A stretch of DNA of 35,833 nt from Clostridia bacterium (GTDB lineage Bacteria > Bacillota > Clostridia > Christensenellales > UBA1242), in the NCBI GenBank assembly GCA_045536095.1, contig JAZSMW010000121.1:1-35833 (forward strand), given 5' to 3'. The position numbers and the translations under genes are program-made. The notes under the pieces are model-generated. The model ran no database searches, was not told the DNA's origin, and saw only the letters and a list, made by a program, of their open reading frames with translations. Below, piece by piece: positions 35,470 to 35,833 of the stretch; positions within the stretch are counted from its first letter, which is position 1; every line of letters begins with the position of its first letter.

Positions 35470-35513
35470 GTTACACCTCTTGTAGTTTGTTTAGTAAATT
35501 GTATAATTTACAA

Positions 35514-35771
35514 TTAGTTTTTCTTATCTTCAATTGCACCACTTTTTACAAGCAAGTTTCTTGCTGTGTCTGTTGGTTGAGCGCCATTTTTAATCCATGT
35601 TTTTGCTTTTTCGTTGTTTATTTTAATTTCAGCTGGATTAGTTAATGGATTGTAAGTTCCAAGAATGTCAATAAATTTACCATCTCTTGGTGAACGTGAG
35701 TCTGCAACAACTACACGGTAAAATGGTGCTTTTTTATCTCCTAATCTTGTAAGTCTAATTTTTACTGCCAT
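35514..35771 (-). CDS. rpsP: 30S ribosomal protein S16
   Basis: The sequence reads [35 protein letters not shown] trimmed the ORF to the ATG at 35771, which follows an AAGGAG RBS. Confidence 0.95.
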   Translation of the reverse strand: MAVKIRLTRLGDKKAPFYRVVVADSRSPRDGKFIDILGTYNPLTNPAEIKINNEKAKTWIKNGAQPTDTARNLLVKSGAIEDKKN

Positions 35772-35833
35772 GTTTTTTCTCCTTTTTTTTAATAAGTCGG
35801 AGGCCAAGCGGTCTTAGGAAGACAACACTTGAA

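Noticed and set aside
1-35833. A possible alternative genetic code (TGA as Trp, Mollicutes-like), considered because of the very low GC content.
   Set aside because: All conserved genes (tex, ileS, pyk, dinB and the ribosomal proteins) are full length and uninterrupted under the standard code, so recoding is not needed.
35808-35833. A possible 3' end of an upstream gene (ffh or ylxM expected) at the right window edge.
   Set aside because: Only about five codons (..QVLSS*) are visible before a TAA at 35814-35816, which is too little sequence to support any call.

Overview
This is a low-GC Bacillota-type chromosomal window read with the standard genetic code. Firmicute hallmarks are present: a T-box leader before ileS, an L21 leader before rplU-prp-rpmA, a Cheo-type LexA box before dinB, and a Prp-cleavable L27 N-terminus.

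The left half (1-16.3 kb) is housekeeping. It holds a SpoVB/MurJ-like flippase (partial), rsuA-like, tex, mtaD-like, dinB, rplU-prp-rpmA, a DUF4132-like protein and ileS.

The middle (16.5-33.4 kb) looks accessory:
- a secreted BspA-type LRR protein;
- a compact 8.3 kb podovirus-like module (TerS-like, Zn-ribbon, portal, scaffold, capsid, adaptor-like, hub-like, coiled-coil, BhlA/holin), with no large terminase, endolysin, fibre, integrase or replication gene visible;
- four tandem small paralogous genes;
- three signal-peptide-less LRR paralogs and an alpha/beta-hydrolase.

The right end returns to core genes (pyk, khpA-like, rpsP).

The most unusual signal is not protein-coding. A ~164-nt highly structured repeat occurs in six full copies plus one fragment, all within the first 18.8 kb. 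Every full copy sits directly against the U-tract side of a rho-independent terminator, always in the same orientation relative to the terminated gene. The copies differ by compensatory stem changes. I could not match it from memory to a known RNA or MITE family.
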